From the NCBI RefSeq assembly GCF_009914755.1, contig NC_060933.1: DNA of 64,000 nt; one strand, given 5' to 3'. Below the pieces are notes generated by a model. It saw only the letters and a list, made by a program, of their open reading frames with translations. It was not told where the DNA came from and made no database searches. Shown here in pieces: positions 18,162 through 32,088 of this stretch (positions within the stretch are counted from its first letter, which is position 1; each line of letters starts with the position of its first letter). The stretch is from the human T2T-CHM13v2.0 reference genome, Homo sapiens. The position numbers and the translations under genes are program-made.

Positions 18162-18462
18162 GAAAAGTGTTTCCTCTTTTTTATTTCTTAAACTTTTGTG
18201 TAATGTATAAATTATATCTCCTTAAATATTAGTAAAATTTGTCAGTTCATTTATCTAGGTGGGTATTAATAAATTTAAAACAGATATATAGGGATGTGCA
18301 CTTTATTGCTTTCTTTTTGAGTTTGCCTTAGTTTGTATCTTTTGAGGGATTTATACACTTAATCTAAATTAACTAATTTACATTTATAAATTTCATCATG
18401 GTATTCATTTAGTTATCCTTAAACTGTTGTAGGACAATAGAAATGTTACTTCTATCATTCTT

Positions 18463-18765
18463 TTTTTGTTGTTTATTTGTTTTGAGACAGAGTCCCGTTC
18501 TGTCGCCCGGGCTTGAGTGCAGTGGCCTCATCTCTACTCACTGCAAATTCCACCTCCCAGCTTCAAGCAATTCTTGTGCCTCAGCCTCCCGAGTAGCTGG
18601 GAATACAGGCATGCGCCATCACGCTCGGCTAATTTTTGTATTTTTAGTAGAGACAGGGCTTCACTATGTTGGCCAGGCTGGTCTGGAACTCCTGACCTCA
18701 AACGATCCGCCTGCCTCGGCCTCCCAAAGTGCTGGGATCACAGGCATGAGCCACCACCCCCAGCC
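18463..18765 (-). mobile_element. AluS (Sx/Sz-like)
   Basis: Full dimer with a perfect 15-bp TSD acttctatcattctt (18448-18462 / 18766-18780). Confidence 0.96.
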
Positions 18766-21142
18766 ACTTCTATCATTCTTAAAATTTGTAAATTATTTAT
18801 TTCCTATTATTTTCTCCATAGTCTGGCCAGAGATTTAACAATTTTATTGATCCCTTCAAAGATCTAAATTTAGTTTAATTTACTTAGCTATATAATTTTT
18901 CTCCGTTTAATGTTGTTTATTTCTTCATTAACCTTTATTATTTTCTTCTTTCTGATTGCTTCAGAATTAATTTGTTCTCATTTTTATAATAACAAGTTGG
19001 AAGCTTTCATCATAATTTCAAGGTAATTTTTCTTTTCTAATGCAAGCTCTTAATGGGATAGATTTTTCCCTAAACACAGAAATTTCCACATTTTGATATG
19101 TTATACTTTTTTAAATTTCTCTTACTTTTGGCTAGGTTCATGTTTAAATATACATATGTGCAAGAATATTTTCCCTTGATTTATATGGATTTAGAGGTTA
19201 AAAAAAGGCAAAAAAAAATATTTTGGAAATTTCTAGGAGACTTAGTTCACCATAATTGTTACATAATTGTGCATATGTTGCAAGTAATGTATTGAGAAAA
19301 GTATTTATATCTGTATACATGTTTGGTCCTTAATGATGAAATTAATGCACAGTTGTCTAACTGTAATAATTTCCTTATAATCACACTAGTTTTCCTTTGG
19401 TGCCACAAGATGATGAATCTCACTTTAGTGTGACCAAGCAAAATGAGGTACAAAAACAGTCCAATCAATGTGAAAATATCTCAAATTCACATGAATTTTA
19501 AAAATATTTTATATGTAAATTAAATTAGAAATTAAATATATATAATATATTTTATTTCAGAAATGTTTGCTTGCCTTTTGGAACTCAAAGTTCAAAACCT
19601 TCTATTGTCATCTTTAAATAACTAATTTTTAAGTTAATTTCTACTTGTTTCTATGAAAATACTACCACACAATGTGGAGATAAAGAAAACATTTACAGAA
19701 AAATTGTCCATATGGACACATTTTAAACAGATGATCTAATTAGCATAATAGCCACCAAACTGGTAAATAGTTTTGTTGATTTGCTGCTTAATCAGCATCT
19801 ATTCAGAATTCTGTAATATTGTTTAGTAAAACAGTTTATTTCCATCCATAAATGTATTTTATAAATTTATGCCCAGTAAACTTCCAGGTAAACCATCAAA
19901 ATATTAACTGTTTTCTACAAGTGATGGTCTTTTTTTTTAAGCTGGTTTCTATAATGAATTGATGAGAGTGAATGAAGATTAAAATGCTTATTCTGTAATA
20001 AAAGCCAATGCCAGCATGCCGATATATAATCTCTATAGATCAAAAAATATTCATGCCTTATTCTCAGATTTTTAATAGTGGCTCTAAGCAGTCTTAAAAA
20101 TTTATTATTTAGACACCTTATCCTATATTTTAAAAATATTTTCTTAGTATACTGTGGATGTTATACAAGTCATATAATGGATAGAGAATTTCTTACATAA
20201 ATTTACAATATAATTTTTTTAAATAAAACTTTTGTGAAATTATTTTCAAATGTTATAAATGTTAATGAGTTTTGTTATATTGGTTCCAATATTTCTCATA
20301 TATGGAAAATGTCATTTTCCATGGGAATTAATATTTGGAACTGGTGTTTAAGAAAAACCATGTTTGATGTTGGAAAATGCTATGTCCGGTATAACTATAG
20401 ATGTTTGGAAAGCAGCTCAGTTATGCTAAAGATAAAGAAAGGAGAGAAAAATGACAGAAGGGGAGGTTTGAACAAAACAAAATAATACCTGAAAATGTTG
20501 AATGGATATGTAATATTTGTGAATGTTTATGTTCTCTATTTCACCATTATTTAAACATTTATATTTTCAAAGGGAGACAATAATTATATTTTGAAATCAT
20601 TTTATTTTTTTATAGAGTGCTGTATTTTTTCTTTTCAATTTCAATTTGGTGAGCAAACAAAATCAGTCAGAATATTATACATAATTAGGTTTCCTTTTTG
20701 AGATTTGTTGAAACTCTTTATCCTTTATGTATGTATTTCAAGTAGTATAATAAAAAAGAAATATAAAATGATTAGATATACATAAAAGTATTGTAGGTTA
20801 TGTTTTTCATATTTTCTTTCTTTTAATGTATTTTGCAGATATAGCCATTCCAGATTATGATTTCACAAACTAAGATGATTCTCAGTAGGGAAGCGTTACT
20901 GCATGTCGTTTTCATCAAAGGGAGCTTAGTTTATTTGCCTGTCTGAATATTGACATTATATTACTAATTTACACATTGGGGAAAGGGTCAAGAGAACTCC
21001 AAATTTTTGTTGACTTGATATTAACCTGAAAAGGGAATGTTAATAACTGACAAAATATATCCACAGTAGTTAGACATCAAGTTATGTTTATTTTTTTAAT
21101 CTACTGCATATTATTGAATTATTTAGATAGATAGATTTATTA

Positions 21143-21505
21143 GATGTACAGGAAATAGAATTCACTGGTGGGCATGCGTAAAGAGGGGGCAGCTCTTTTC
21201 TAATGCAGGGCTAGCTGCTTGTCCAGGGGCCCATGATTCCAGGGCTATATTTGGCCCCACAGCCATCCAGGATGAGTTGTTTCTCAGCCACCAAGTCTTA
21301 AAATGTATATGCATTAAACTTAGTAAAATCGCACTTCTTTGAGATGTGGCTTTTTGGGCATTCACTGAACTTGAATTTGGCCCTAAATAAGGCCTCAGTC
21401 ACATGCTCCAGGGTTTGCAGCTTGGTATGGATGAACATGGCCAATGTGAACTCTGACCTCTGGGTCCTGAGGCTTTCCAAAGGCATACTACATCCGGTCT
21501 TAAAC
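21143..21505 (-). pseudogene. RPL10: RPL10 processed pseudogene fragment (last two exons spliced, plus 3'UTR)
   Basis: Minus-strand translations 'AFGKPQ...RVHIG', '[24 protein letters not shown]...[13 protein letters not shown]', 'LVAEKQLILDGCG' and 'GPLDK...ALH*' match the RPL10 C-terminus. The 3'UTR end 'aattctatttcctgt' also matches. Frameshifted. Confidence 0.92.
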
Positions 21506-21554
21506 CTAGACTAGGGAAAGCACTAGATCCAAGACATAAATGTCCAATGGCAAA

Positions 21555-21652
21555 GGCTGTTGTACGCAAGGAACAGGCTGCTGTACACTACCTAGGATGC
21601 TGCTGTTTGCAGCCCTTGCACACCAGGCCCCATGTGGCTTAATTGATTGTAG
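21555..21652 (-). ncRNA. SNORA70: SNORA70 (U70) H/ACA snoRNA retrocopy, degenerate
   Basis: Minus strand 'caattaagcc...catgggg...gtgtgc...ggctgcaaacagcagc.tcct.ggtagtgtac.gcagcctgtt' matches U70. H box ACAGCA at 21601-21606, ACA box at 21558-21560. Both hairpins have deletions (~98 nt versus ~135 nt). Confidence 0.85.
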
Positions 21653-21925
21653 AAATTATTTTATATATTAAGTTTTTGGGGATTCGTATCTTTTATTCAA
21701 GATAGCTAAATGTAATTTATATTAGACCATATACAGTAAGTTGTAAATTATAGAAGTTGTGCTTATCAAAATCATATTCAGTGGGCAATATGTGGCCTTT
21801 AATATAATGAAGTTTACTGATAAAAATTAAAATAAAATAATGTGGTTTTGTAGTGCTCTTGTATGTCAACTAAAACAAATTAACAAAACCTATTGAAACC
21901 CATAATCATTTAGACTACCTACTTA

Positions 21926-22214
21926 CACTTTGGGAGGCCAAGGTGGGCAGATCACCTGAGGTCAGGAGTTCAAGACGAGCCTGGCCAACATAGTGACATC
22001 CCATCTTTACTAAAAGCACAAAAATTAAACAGGCGTGGTGGTGCATGCCTGTAATTTCAGCTACTCAGGAGGCTGAGGCAGGGAGAACTGCTTGAACTTG
22101 GGAAGGGGAGGTTACAGTGAGCCAAGACTGGGCCACTGAACTCCAACCTGGGCGACAGAGGGAGACTCCATCTCAAAAACAAACAAACAAACAAACAAAA
22201 ACACAACAAAAAAA
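21926..22214 (+). mobile_element. 5'-truncated AluS
   Basis: Starts at 'cactttgggagg', (CAAA)n tail, TSD actacctactta/actatctactta. Confidence 0.93.
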
Positions 22215-23799
22215 ACTATCTACTTAAATACCATTCTATTAAAATAAATATTTTTCTGTGATCTTAGATTTGTTTTGTCTCAATAATATAAATAGTGTAT
22301 TGGTTGTCTCAAAGTGTTAAATGGAAGCATATTTTATGGCATTGCTGAAATATCTACCAACTTTTCTTACTGTAAGTTATGCAATGGTGCATTGATTAAT
22401 GCATTGAAACTTGTTAAGCAGTCTGCATGTCTGAAAAACCAAGGTTCAGAGGTATGTAGGTTAAATCCGGCAATCAAATATCAGAGAGATATTTCAGAAT
22501 ATTATTTTTGTGTACCAGAAAACACTTTTCAAAAAAAAAAAAAAGTAAGGGCATTAGGAAGGCATTGTAAGGTTAATCTTTTCCAGCAAAGCTATTACAT
22601 TGATTTTTCTGGAGTTCTTTAGTTATAAAAAGTAGAATGTAGTTATAGGATCTAGTCAGCATTAAATTGATTGAAAAAATGAAAAACACTGTTTCATTTT
22701 TAAATAGATTAACAATTAAGCAAGTTGTTCATGTTGTCCCACTGATATACTAGAATATGCTACATTCTTTTGGGCATCTTTTAGACCATAGGGCTAAAAT
22801 GTTGAGAATGACAGAGAGACAATTAGGAGCTCAGCACAAAGCAAAATGTTATGAATCAGGAAAATAAATAGAACAGAGATCAAAATTAGACAGATGCAGA
22901 ATTGGAATGATACTGAAAACAAGAGATGGAACTGCAGAAAATACTATGGCAGATCATTCATTCCTTTGAATGGTGAAAGTAGTTAATACAATGGCTAACA
23001 ATTGAAATGAAAAACCAGACCCAGATGAAAAAATGCAAACCAGTAAACTTACCTAGTCCTATTATTTTACTCAATTGTAGGAAATACATGAAAAAAAAGT
23101 TGTTCATTATGAATCCTTTTTTCTAACATGGGAAGAAGTCACCACTAAACCTTTCTCATTTTTTTACTCAAATGTTTGTGTTTTCTCATAGAACTTATAA
23201 TTTTAATTTATTTTTCAATATATGTTTCCCGTACAGTCTAGTTGGATTCATAGTTGCAATGTTTCATGTGGTATATTTGCTCCCTATGGAACAGAACATA
23301 ACATTAATCTTTAGATGTGTCACTAGAGAGATTTGTATATATCCACATAAATCTACAGTTGCAACTAGAAAAATTATCCTGTGAAAATTTTGTGATATGA
23401 ATGTCTTTCAACTTTTTAAAAAGTAAAGAGAAAATGATGAACAAATATGAGTTGGAAATCAGAATGAACAAATCATGAAAATATAGTGTACCCCTTCAAA
23501 AATTTTGAAAATTAAGAGAAATCGGTAGAACAGCTGTATTATCATTTACAAAAATGTTTCTCTACCTATAGAACAAACAATTACTTTGTCCTCTAATTTC
23601 CAAATAACTTACAGAACATTTATTTCCTACTGTCACTGGAATGGCAGGCTGGCAGGCTGAGTTGGTAGCCCAATTGGTTCCTCACATCAAAAGATTCCCT
23701 TTATTATTTCCTTATTTTCTCTTTAATTCTGGCACTCCTTCATGATTGAACTTACAGATGTTCTTTTGTCTACTAATTTTCGAGTAAGCCTGTGCTCTC

Positions 23800-24235
23800 T
23801 ATAACTTTCAGTCTCAATATCCTTCTACCATCAGCCTTTTGTCTAAACATTCCTATTCTGGTTTGTTTCCCTGAACTCTTGACATCAATCTCTGTTCCTT
23901 CAATATTCTGTTTCTTCTACTGGAAGCATTCTTTCCCAGATTTCACCCACTTTACTCTTCTCAATCTCTGTGTCTGAGTTAAATGCTTCCTTAGGTGTCT
24001 ATGTAGGATTGTCTGTCCATCTGTAATTTTTCTATATCTCTCATGTTAACATACTTATATCCTTTACTGAAAAATGTCTCCTTTAAAAAAAATCAATGTG
24101 TTTGTTTACTTTCTTAAAATGCCCTCTTAAACTGCAAGGTCAAAAAAGGTAAGTATGATATTTGGATATTAATATCTACCACTTAATACAGAAACTATTC
24201 TAGCACTTGTATAGGCAGTATAAGACATAATTTTA
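23800..24235 (+). mobile_element. L2 fragment
   Basis: Degenerate L2 3' motifs 'tggaagcattctttccca', 'taaactgcaagg', 'ctagcac'. Confidence 0.4.
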
Positions 24236-24312
24236 GAACTCTAAAATAAAAACTCATAAACTGAAGTTAAATATCCATTTCCCACTGCTATCTCCTTTTC
24301 CTTTTAACACAT

Positions 24313-26720
24313 TGATATCATTCGGATCTGTGTCCCCACCCAAATCTCATGTCAAACTGTAAGTCCCACTGTTGGAGGTGGGGCCTGTTGGGAGGCAATT
24401 GGATCATCGGGCGGTTTCTCTTAAATGGTTTAGCACCATCTCCTTGGCGCTGTTCTTGTGACAGTGAGTGAGTTATTGTGAGTCTGGTTGTTAAAAGTGT
24501 ATAGCACCTCCCCACCTCTCACTCTTCTTCCTGCTTCCAGCCATGTGAAGTGCTGGCTCCCCCTTCACCTTCTGCCATGATTGTTAGCTTACTGAGGCCC
24601 CCGCAGAAGCCCAGCAGATGCATCATGCTTTCTGTATAACGTGCAGAACCATGAGCCAATTAAACTGCTTTTCTTTATAAATTACCCAGTCTCAGGTATT
24701 TCTTTAGAGCAATGTAAGAAAGGACTAATATAGAAAATTGGTAGAGGAATATGATATTGTTGTAAACATACAGGAAAATGTGAAAGTGGCTTTGAAACTG
24801 GATAGTGGGCAGAGATTGGAAGGGTTTGGAGAGATCAGAAGAAGACAGGAAGATGAGGGCAAGTTTTGAACTTACTAGAGTCTTGTTACATTGTTGTGAC
24901 CAAGCTACTGATAGAGACACACAATGAAGTCCAGGCTGAGGAGGTCTCAGATGGAGATAAGGAACTTAATGGGAACTGGAGCAAAGGTCACTTTAGTTAG
25001 GCATTAGCAAAAAGGTTGGCTGCACTGTGGGCCTGCCCTAGGGATCTGTGGAATTTTGAACTTGAGAGTACCTCAAGTTCTGGTGGGTATCTGGTGGAAA
25101 AAATTTCTAAGCAGCAAAGCATTCAGGAGGTAAGCTCACTACTTCTGACAAACTATTTTGATGTGTGTGAGCAAAGAAATGACCTCAAACTGAAACTTAT
25201 ATTTAGAAGGGAAGCAGAGTGTAGAAACTTGAAAAATTTGCAGCCTGGCCATGTGGTAGAACAAAAAGCCCATTTTCAGGAGAGAAATTCAAGCAAGCTG
25301 CAGAAACTTGCTTAACTAAAAGGAAGGCACATGCTGATAGCCAAGAAAATGAGGGATACCCTCCAGGGCATTTCAGAGACCTTTGTGGCAGCTCCTCCCA
25401 TCACAGGCTCAGAGGACAACGAAGGAAGAATGGGACACTACTACATGCATCTCATCTGTTGCAGCTCTAGCCATGGCTCCAAGTGGCCCAGGTACAGCTC
25501 AGGATGCTGCTCCAGAGGGTTCAATCCATAAGTCTTGATGGCTTCCATGTGGCATTAAGCCTGAGGGTGCACAGAGTACAAGAGTTGAGGCTAGATTTCA
25601 GAGAATGTACGAACAAACCTAGATGTACAGTCAGAAATCTGCTGCAGGGTCAGAGCCCTGATGGAGAATCTCTACGAGGGCACTGAGGAGGGGAAAGGTG
25701 GGGTTGGAGCCACCACACAATGTCCCTACTGGACCACTATCTAGGGGAACTATGAGAAGAGGGACACTATCTTCCAGACCCCAGAATGGTAGATCCACCA
25801 GCACTTGTAGCGTGTGCCTGGAAATGGTGCAAGCACTCAACACCAGCCCTTGAGAGCAGCTGTCAGAGCTGAACCCTGCAAAGTCACAGGAGTGGAGCAG
25901 CACAAGGCTTTGGGAGCTCACCCCTTGCAGTGGTATACCCTGGATGGCGTCAAAGGAGATTGTTAAGCTTTAAGACTTAATAACTTTCCTACTGGGTTTC
26001 AGACTTGCATGGGGCCCGTAGCCCCTTACTTTTGGCCAATTTCTCCCTTTTGAAATGGGAGTATTTACCCAATCCCTGTACCCCCATTATACATTATATC
26101 TTGGGAGTTTTTTTTTTTTTTAATTTTACAGGGTCTTAGGCAGAAGGGGCTTACCTCATCTCAGATAAGACTTTAGACTTTGGATGTTTGAGTTAATGCT
26201 GAAGTGAGTTAAGACTTTGGGGGACTGATGGGAAGGCATGATTATATTTTGCAAACTGAGAAAGACATAAAATTTGGGAGGGACTAGGGCAAAATAATAT
26301 GGTTTGGATCTATGTCCCCAACCAAATCTCATGTCAAATTGTAATACCCAGTGTTGGAGGTGGGGCCTGATGGGAGGTTATTGGATTGTGGAGTGGTTTC
26401 TTTTTAATGGTTTAATACCATTTCCTTGGTGCTATTCTTATGATAGTGAGTGAGTGAGTTATTATGAAATCTGGTTGTTAAAAGGGTGTAGCACCTCCTC
26501 ACCTCTCACTTTTCTTCCTGCTCCCAGCTATATGAAGCACTGGCTCCCTCTTCATTTTCCCACCATGGTTATACATTTCATGAGGCCTCCCCAGATGCCC
26601 AGCAGATGCAACATTCTTTCTGTACAGCATGCAGAACTGTGAGTCAGTTAAACCTCTTTTCTTTATAAATTACCCAATCTCAGGTATTTCTTTATAGCAA
26701 TGCAGTAATGGACTAATACA
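24313..26720 (+). mobile_element. MSTA-like MaLR provirus (5' LTR 24313-24732, internal region, 3' LTR 26295-26720)
   Basis: Two similar ~420-bp LTRs, typical MaLR internal sequence, polypurine tract before the 3' LTR, TSD cacat/cacct. Confidence 0.93.
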
Positions 26721-26947
26721 CACCTAATAATATTATTTCCTTGAATCACGCAATCCATTAACAAAATCCTCTGTGTGGAATGGCTGGCTTCCTTTTATTG
26801 GTGGTTAACTGCTAATTAAACAATATTTTTGGCATTTCAATTTCGTTGTTATTATTGTTCAAAGCTTGTACAAAGCCGCCATCAAGTAGTCCAATTCTCC
26901 AGCTTCTGTCACTCCTGGACAACATTTGTATTTAAAAATACCTTTCA

Positions 26948-27246
26948 GCCAGGTGACACACACCTGTTGTCCCAGCTACTCAGGATGCTGAGGCGGGAGG
27001 AACACTTGAGCCCAGGAGTTCTGGGTTGTATGCACTATGCTGATGAAGTGTCTGCACTAAGTTTGGCATCAATATGTTAGCTTCCAGGGAGCAGAGGACC
27101 ACCAGGTTGCCTAAGGAGTGGTCAACTCAAAAATTGAGCAGAATAAAACTCCTCTGCTTATCAGTAGTGGGATGACCCCTTTGAATAGTCACTGCACTAC
27201 AACCTGGGCAACATAGTGAGACCCTATTTCTTAACAAAAAAAAGAA
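26948..27246 (+). pseudogene. RN7SL: 7SL (SRP) RNA retropseudogene
   Basis: Alu-domain ends plus the S domain ('gtgtctgcactaagtttggcatcaatatg', 'gaccaccaggttgcctaaggag', 'atcagtagtgggat'), A tail, TSD aaaaatacctttca/agaactaccttcca. Confidence 0.93.
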
Positions 27247-28041
27247 AGAACTACCTTCCATATTTCTGCAAGTATGTGAGTTATCTTTGATGTAGTGTTA
27301 CCTTTTCTCAGTGAATGAAGTGTAATAACCTCTTGCTCATTTTGTTTACAAAAATAAATAAATAAATAAAAGCAGGGACATTCTAAGTGGAATCAAGTTC
27401 CAAGTAATACAGACTTAATACTATTTATAGAATAATTCAATTTTATGATATATTTCATGTGTTGCTATCCTCAGTTATATTTACTCATGTATAGTTACAC
27501 TTGTCAATGTCCTAGCTATAATCACCTATTTTTAGATTTTAATAAATGTAATTAAATTAATAGCATTTCTATTTTTATAACAAGTTCTAAAATTAAGCCA
27601 CAGTAGAAAATTCATGATAAGATTAATTTGATTTTTATTTCACTTTTATATGTATGAATCTTAAGAATTTGGTATTTCCTATCTAATATTTGTCTTTCTG
27701 TTCTTGGAAACTAATTTCAAATTATTTACAAGTTTCAGAAGTATGCAGCCAGTGAAGAATCCAATATCATTTTGTTCAATATACCTATAATTTGAACTTA
27801 AATAAGTATACTTCCACAAATGTCACTGAAGCAAGTATTTCAAGTATTTATTTCCAGGTATAATTTCAATTATGGGGTATTCAGATATCTTGTTATATCA
27901 ACAACTAAACATAATATATTAAATTATTTGAGATATAAAAAGTATATCTTGAAAACAGTGCAGTTGTAAATCTTTAAGGTAGGAAAGCAGCTCAGCAAAT
28001 GTTTTCCTCCACTGTCCATGAGGCAAATGTTTAATGACTGT

Positions 28042-28076
28042 ACACACACACTCACACTCACACACATACATACACA
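28042..28076. repeat. Interrupted (CA)n microsatellite
   Basis: Seen directly. Confidence 0.7.
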
Positions 28077-31000
28077 TTCTGTCTCAAATATAGATATATA
28101 TTCACATTCTGATTCAATGAATTCAACCTCATGACTAAGGATTTGAATAGATAGTGTTTTTTAACCTTCATCCTTTCCTCTACTGCAATTTATAATTGAA
28201 TTAGCTTACTTATTTCCTAGTAAAAACATTCCAGCATTGTGATACTATGATAAGGTTAAGATGTGAAAGTGTTTTTTACTATTTATTATAGAAAAACTAT
28301 CTTATTTTCAGATTTCTAAGAACCTTTTCAAATCCACCAAGGAAAAGTGTCTATGCCTTATAGATTGAAAAGCTCATCTTTACCAGTTAATTTACATTTT
28401 ACTTTTTCCTAAAATATAAGGCTCTCCATATCTGTAGGTACACAGTTTGACTTAATTATCCTATGTTATATATTGTACATAATTATATGAGAGATAATGG
28501 CAATTTAAACAAATAAAATGATGGCTATTTCTTTTTATTAACTTCATCATATTTCACTGAGGTTTTCCTTACTTTAGGCTTCCTCGATGGCTGCAATGTA
28601 TGCTAAAAGTAAATTTTTATGTGAAATGTTTAAAATATTTGAAAATGATGTTTATTGTTTGTCAGGTTTTGCCACTGTTAGCATGACTCAGTACCCATAG
28701 AGTCTGTCTCTTAGGGATGTGAAGCAAATTATTTCTCTGATCCAAAACATTTCATATGCCTTAAAAGTCAAACAATGCAAAGATGTGATATTTAGAATAC
28801 TAGTTACATAATAATGGATGATTTAGATTTTAAAACAACTGCTTTAAACATGACACATTTAAAGCTAATTTGTAACTTTCATATGTTTCTGAAACTTTTA
28901 CAGTCACTAAATAATTTGAGTAAAGCAAATGGGTTTCAGACCGATTACAATTTGGAAAGATTGATTATAAATTTTTAATAATATGTAACAAAGAAAAATG
29001 TGGTCACTTGATTATATACCTCTTCCCCAAGATCAGTAAATACTTTATCAATAGAAAAAAGAAAGAAAAGCAAAAAGAAAAGAAAAAGAAAGCAACACTG
29101 CTACATAGAACATTTTTTTTTCTAAATGGAATCCAGCAGCAAAAAAAAAGATAATTGAAGATACTATTAAAAGATACAATTTAATATTAATATTGACCAC
29201 ATTTATAAATTCACATAATTTTATAAAACATATGCACTTCTGTGTATAAAACACACATAATACAAAAAAGATTATTACATTTTAAATTGTTAAAATTTCC
29301 TCAATAGTTTTTCCACACCTGATGATTACTCTCAATCTCAACAAGATAATTATAAATGATGTTTATTATTCAAAATAGATTATTTTGTGTGTGTGTTTTA
29401 TTCAATTAGGTGGTAAATTATAAGATTTTGCCAGGTGATTCAGAGAAGTAGCCTGGAAAAGTTTATATAGATGGTACTAAATGAAAGATAGAAAATTAAA
29501 AATTTAGAGTTAAATTTATTAGAAACTTAAAATTCTTTAAAAAATTATAGTTAGTTAAATAAATCAACTAAATTTTTCCTTTTTCCTTCATATTGCAGAG
29601 TGTATTATTCCAGCCAGTTTACCATGCAGGCTTCCCAATTTGATACTAATTTTAACCTGACTTTTATATATCAATATTAAAGAGACGAAAAATAAATGTG
29701 ATTTTCTCCAGCTCTATATCCCTCCAAGGAGAGCTTTGGAACTGAAATCCTAATCAGGGGTTACATTTTTAATATTTTTGTCTCAAATGAATTTGGAGTC
29801 CTCCATATTATTTCCAAAGTTGCAGAGCAGAAGAGGTTACCAATAAAATTGGGTAGTTCTCATCCCAATTACAGAATTAGGCCAAGTTATCAGATATGCA
29901 ACAAATATCCAGTCAGAAAGATTGAATATTTAAATATTTTAATTTATGAAGTATTAGCCTATTGCTCAGTTATAGTATTTTGGAAATTTTTCTTTAAAAA
30001 AATGTATCAAACTTGTGGTTAGATGACATTACTGACTCATTTTGCATCTGATCAAAACAAATAATGCATAAAACAAAGCAATGTAAGTTATAAAGCATTT
30101 TAAAATTGAAATAAGAGATCTTTATTTCTGTTGCATATCAAATGGGATTTATTGACTTCCTTTTCTCAAAAATGTCATATAGAAAACATTTCTACCCTCT
30201 AAAAATTACTAATAACATTAGCATCAATGACTTACAAGTAGACACAAGTAAGATGAAACACAGATTAACTCATACCATCAAATTCATATGGCCAAGTATA
30301 ATCCCATTATATAACTATTTTCTATCACTAAGCATAGTCCAGCTATAAGTGTAAAAGGATGAGGAAAAATGTTGCTAAAACATTAAGTGAAAATATACTG
30401 AAAAGAATCCTTAAAGACAAGAAATACAAGAACACACCAATTTGCCATCACACTTTATGTTCAGTCCTTTAGTGAAAAAAAAGTTTTCTAATTAATATTT
30501 CATTTACATTGGGGACAAGTACATAATGTAGTCATCAATTTGCTTAGATTCTGAAATACCATTCATTTATGTACATATTTTCTCTATTCAAATGTACTAT
30601 TCACATCACTTGTCAATTTGCATATATTAAATCATCTTGCAAATTTTACCATATTTTGAATATTTTATTAATAATGACCCTTTTCTACAATTTTTATATG
30701 CACTTAAATTTTAAACAGTCAAACATTCAAAGGCTTAAAAATCAACACTTGAATTTTAAAATACTATTTGTATGAAATGAAATATTTAATTACAAATGTT
30801 AACTATATGTTATTGCTGTAACTGTTGGGATAGACAGTGGGCAGTTAGTATAAGCTACTTTGTTAATAAATAAAATTTTAAAAATAATCAATGGAATGTT
30901 CATTTCAAACTACTTTGTTATTTCATTTCATTTAAATTTAGCATAAACTTTACTTCGGCAGCCAATTCCTTAGTTGTTCTTCTCCATTAACTCATGACTA

Positions 31001-31215
31001 CTTTAGCTCTTGATGCTAAGCATGATGATGTTTGGTTTCAGAAGTTGCCACATTAACAATAGGATCCTTGAAGCTACAATCATGCTAACCAATTTTGACA
31101 ATTTTATATTTTATAGGGCCTAGTTCTAACATTCTATTGTTATTTAATTTTATAAATATTTTTTAAAATCTTGTTACTAAATTAAAAATAGACCTCTGGA
31201 AAAAAAATCGAAAGG

Positions 31216-31520
31216 TTTTTTTGTTTTTTGTTTTTTGAGACAGAGTCTCACTCACTCTGTCACTCAGGCTAGAGTGCAGCAGCCTGATCTTGGCTCACTG
31301 CAACCTCTGCTTCCTGGGTTCAAGCGATTCTGCTGTCTCAGTCTCCCAAGTACCTGAGAATACAGGTGTCCACAACCATGCCCGGATAATTTTTGTACTT
31401 TTAGTAGAGATGGGGTTTTGCCATGTTGGCCAAGCTGGTCTCAACTCCTGACCTACATGATCCACTCGTCTGGGCCTCCCAAAGTTCTGGGATTACAGGC
31501 ATGAGCCACTATTCCCTGCC
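31216..31520 (-). mobile_element. AluS
   Basis: Full dimer with degenerate TSD aaatcgaaaggttttt/aaattaaaagttttt. Confidence 0.93.
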
Positions 31521-31689
31521 AAATTAAAAGTTTTTATATGAAAAAGATATACACAAAGCAAAGATACTTTTACAGTATGAAAATGATTTATAATTGAGAA
31601 AAATATCTGCAGGCCATAATAGAATAGTTCTATTTCAATAGTTCGCAAACAATTTGTTAGTTCTGCTAAATAAAAAAATTTCCAACACT

Positions 31690-32088
31690 TGTTAAAATGG
31701 TTAAGGATCACTTTATTTAAGATTAAAATGATAGGTGTCAAGATGATTCTAATAGGCAAGAGAGATAAGGTTCAACTCTGAACACAGCAAAGATATCTGG
31801 GAAGTGCAGCTAATGAGCAGAGTGAAAGGTTGTCGATGAATACAAACTACTAAGAGGAGACATCAAGGGTAGGGGATTTCTTGTTAGCTAACGTAAGAGG
31901 ATTCTTGCCGAAGGCAAGCCAGAGTGATCAGATATCAAGAGTGGGAGATTCTCTCTAAACTGACTTAGCAGCATTCTTGCAATAGCTGGACTAGGCAGTG
32001 TAAAGACAGGGCCCAAGGACAAAGTAGAGTCAAAAAGAGTGATCCTAGAAGCCTGACTAAAGCGTAGACAAGAAGAAAGTCTTCATCA
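31690..32088 (-). mobile_element. MER31-like ERV1 solo LTR
   Basis: 'ctctctaaactgacttagcagcattcttgc', 'cagggcccaagg', 'gcctgactaaag...tcttcatca'. TG...CA ends. Confidence 0.75.

Noticed and set aside
26948-27246. Functional 7SL gene or an Alu monomer
   Set aside because: The S domain rules out Alu. Divergence, internal deletions, A tail and TSD indicate a retropseudogene.
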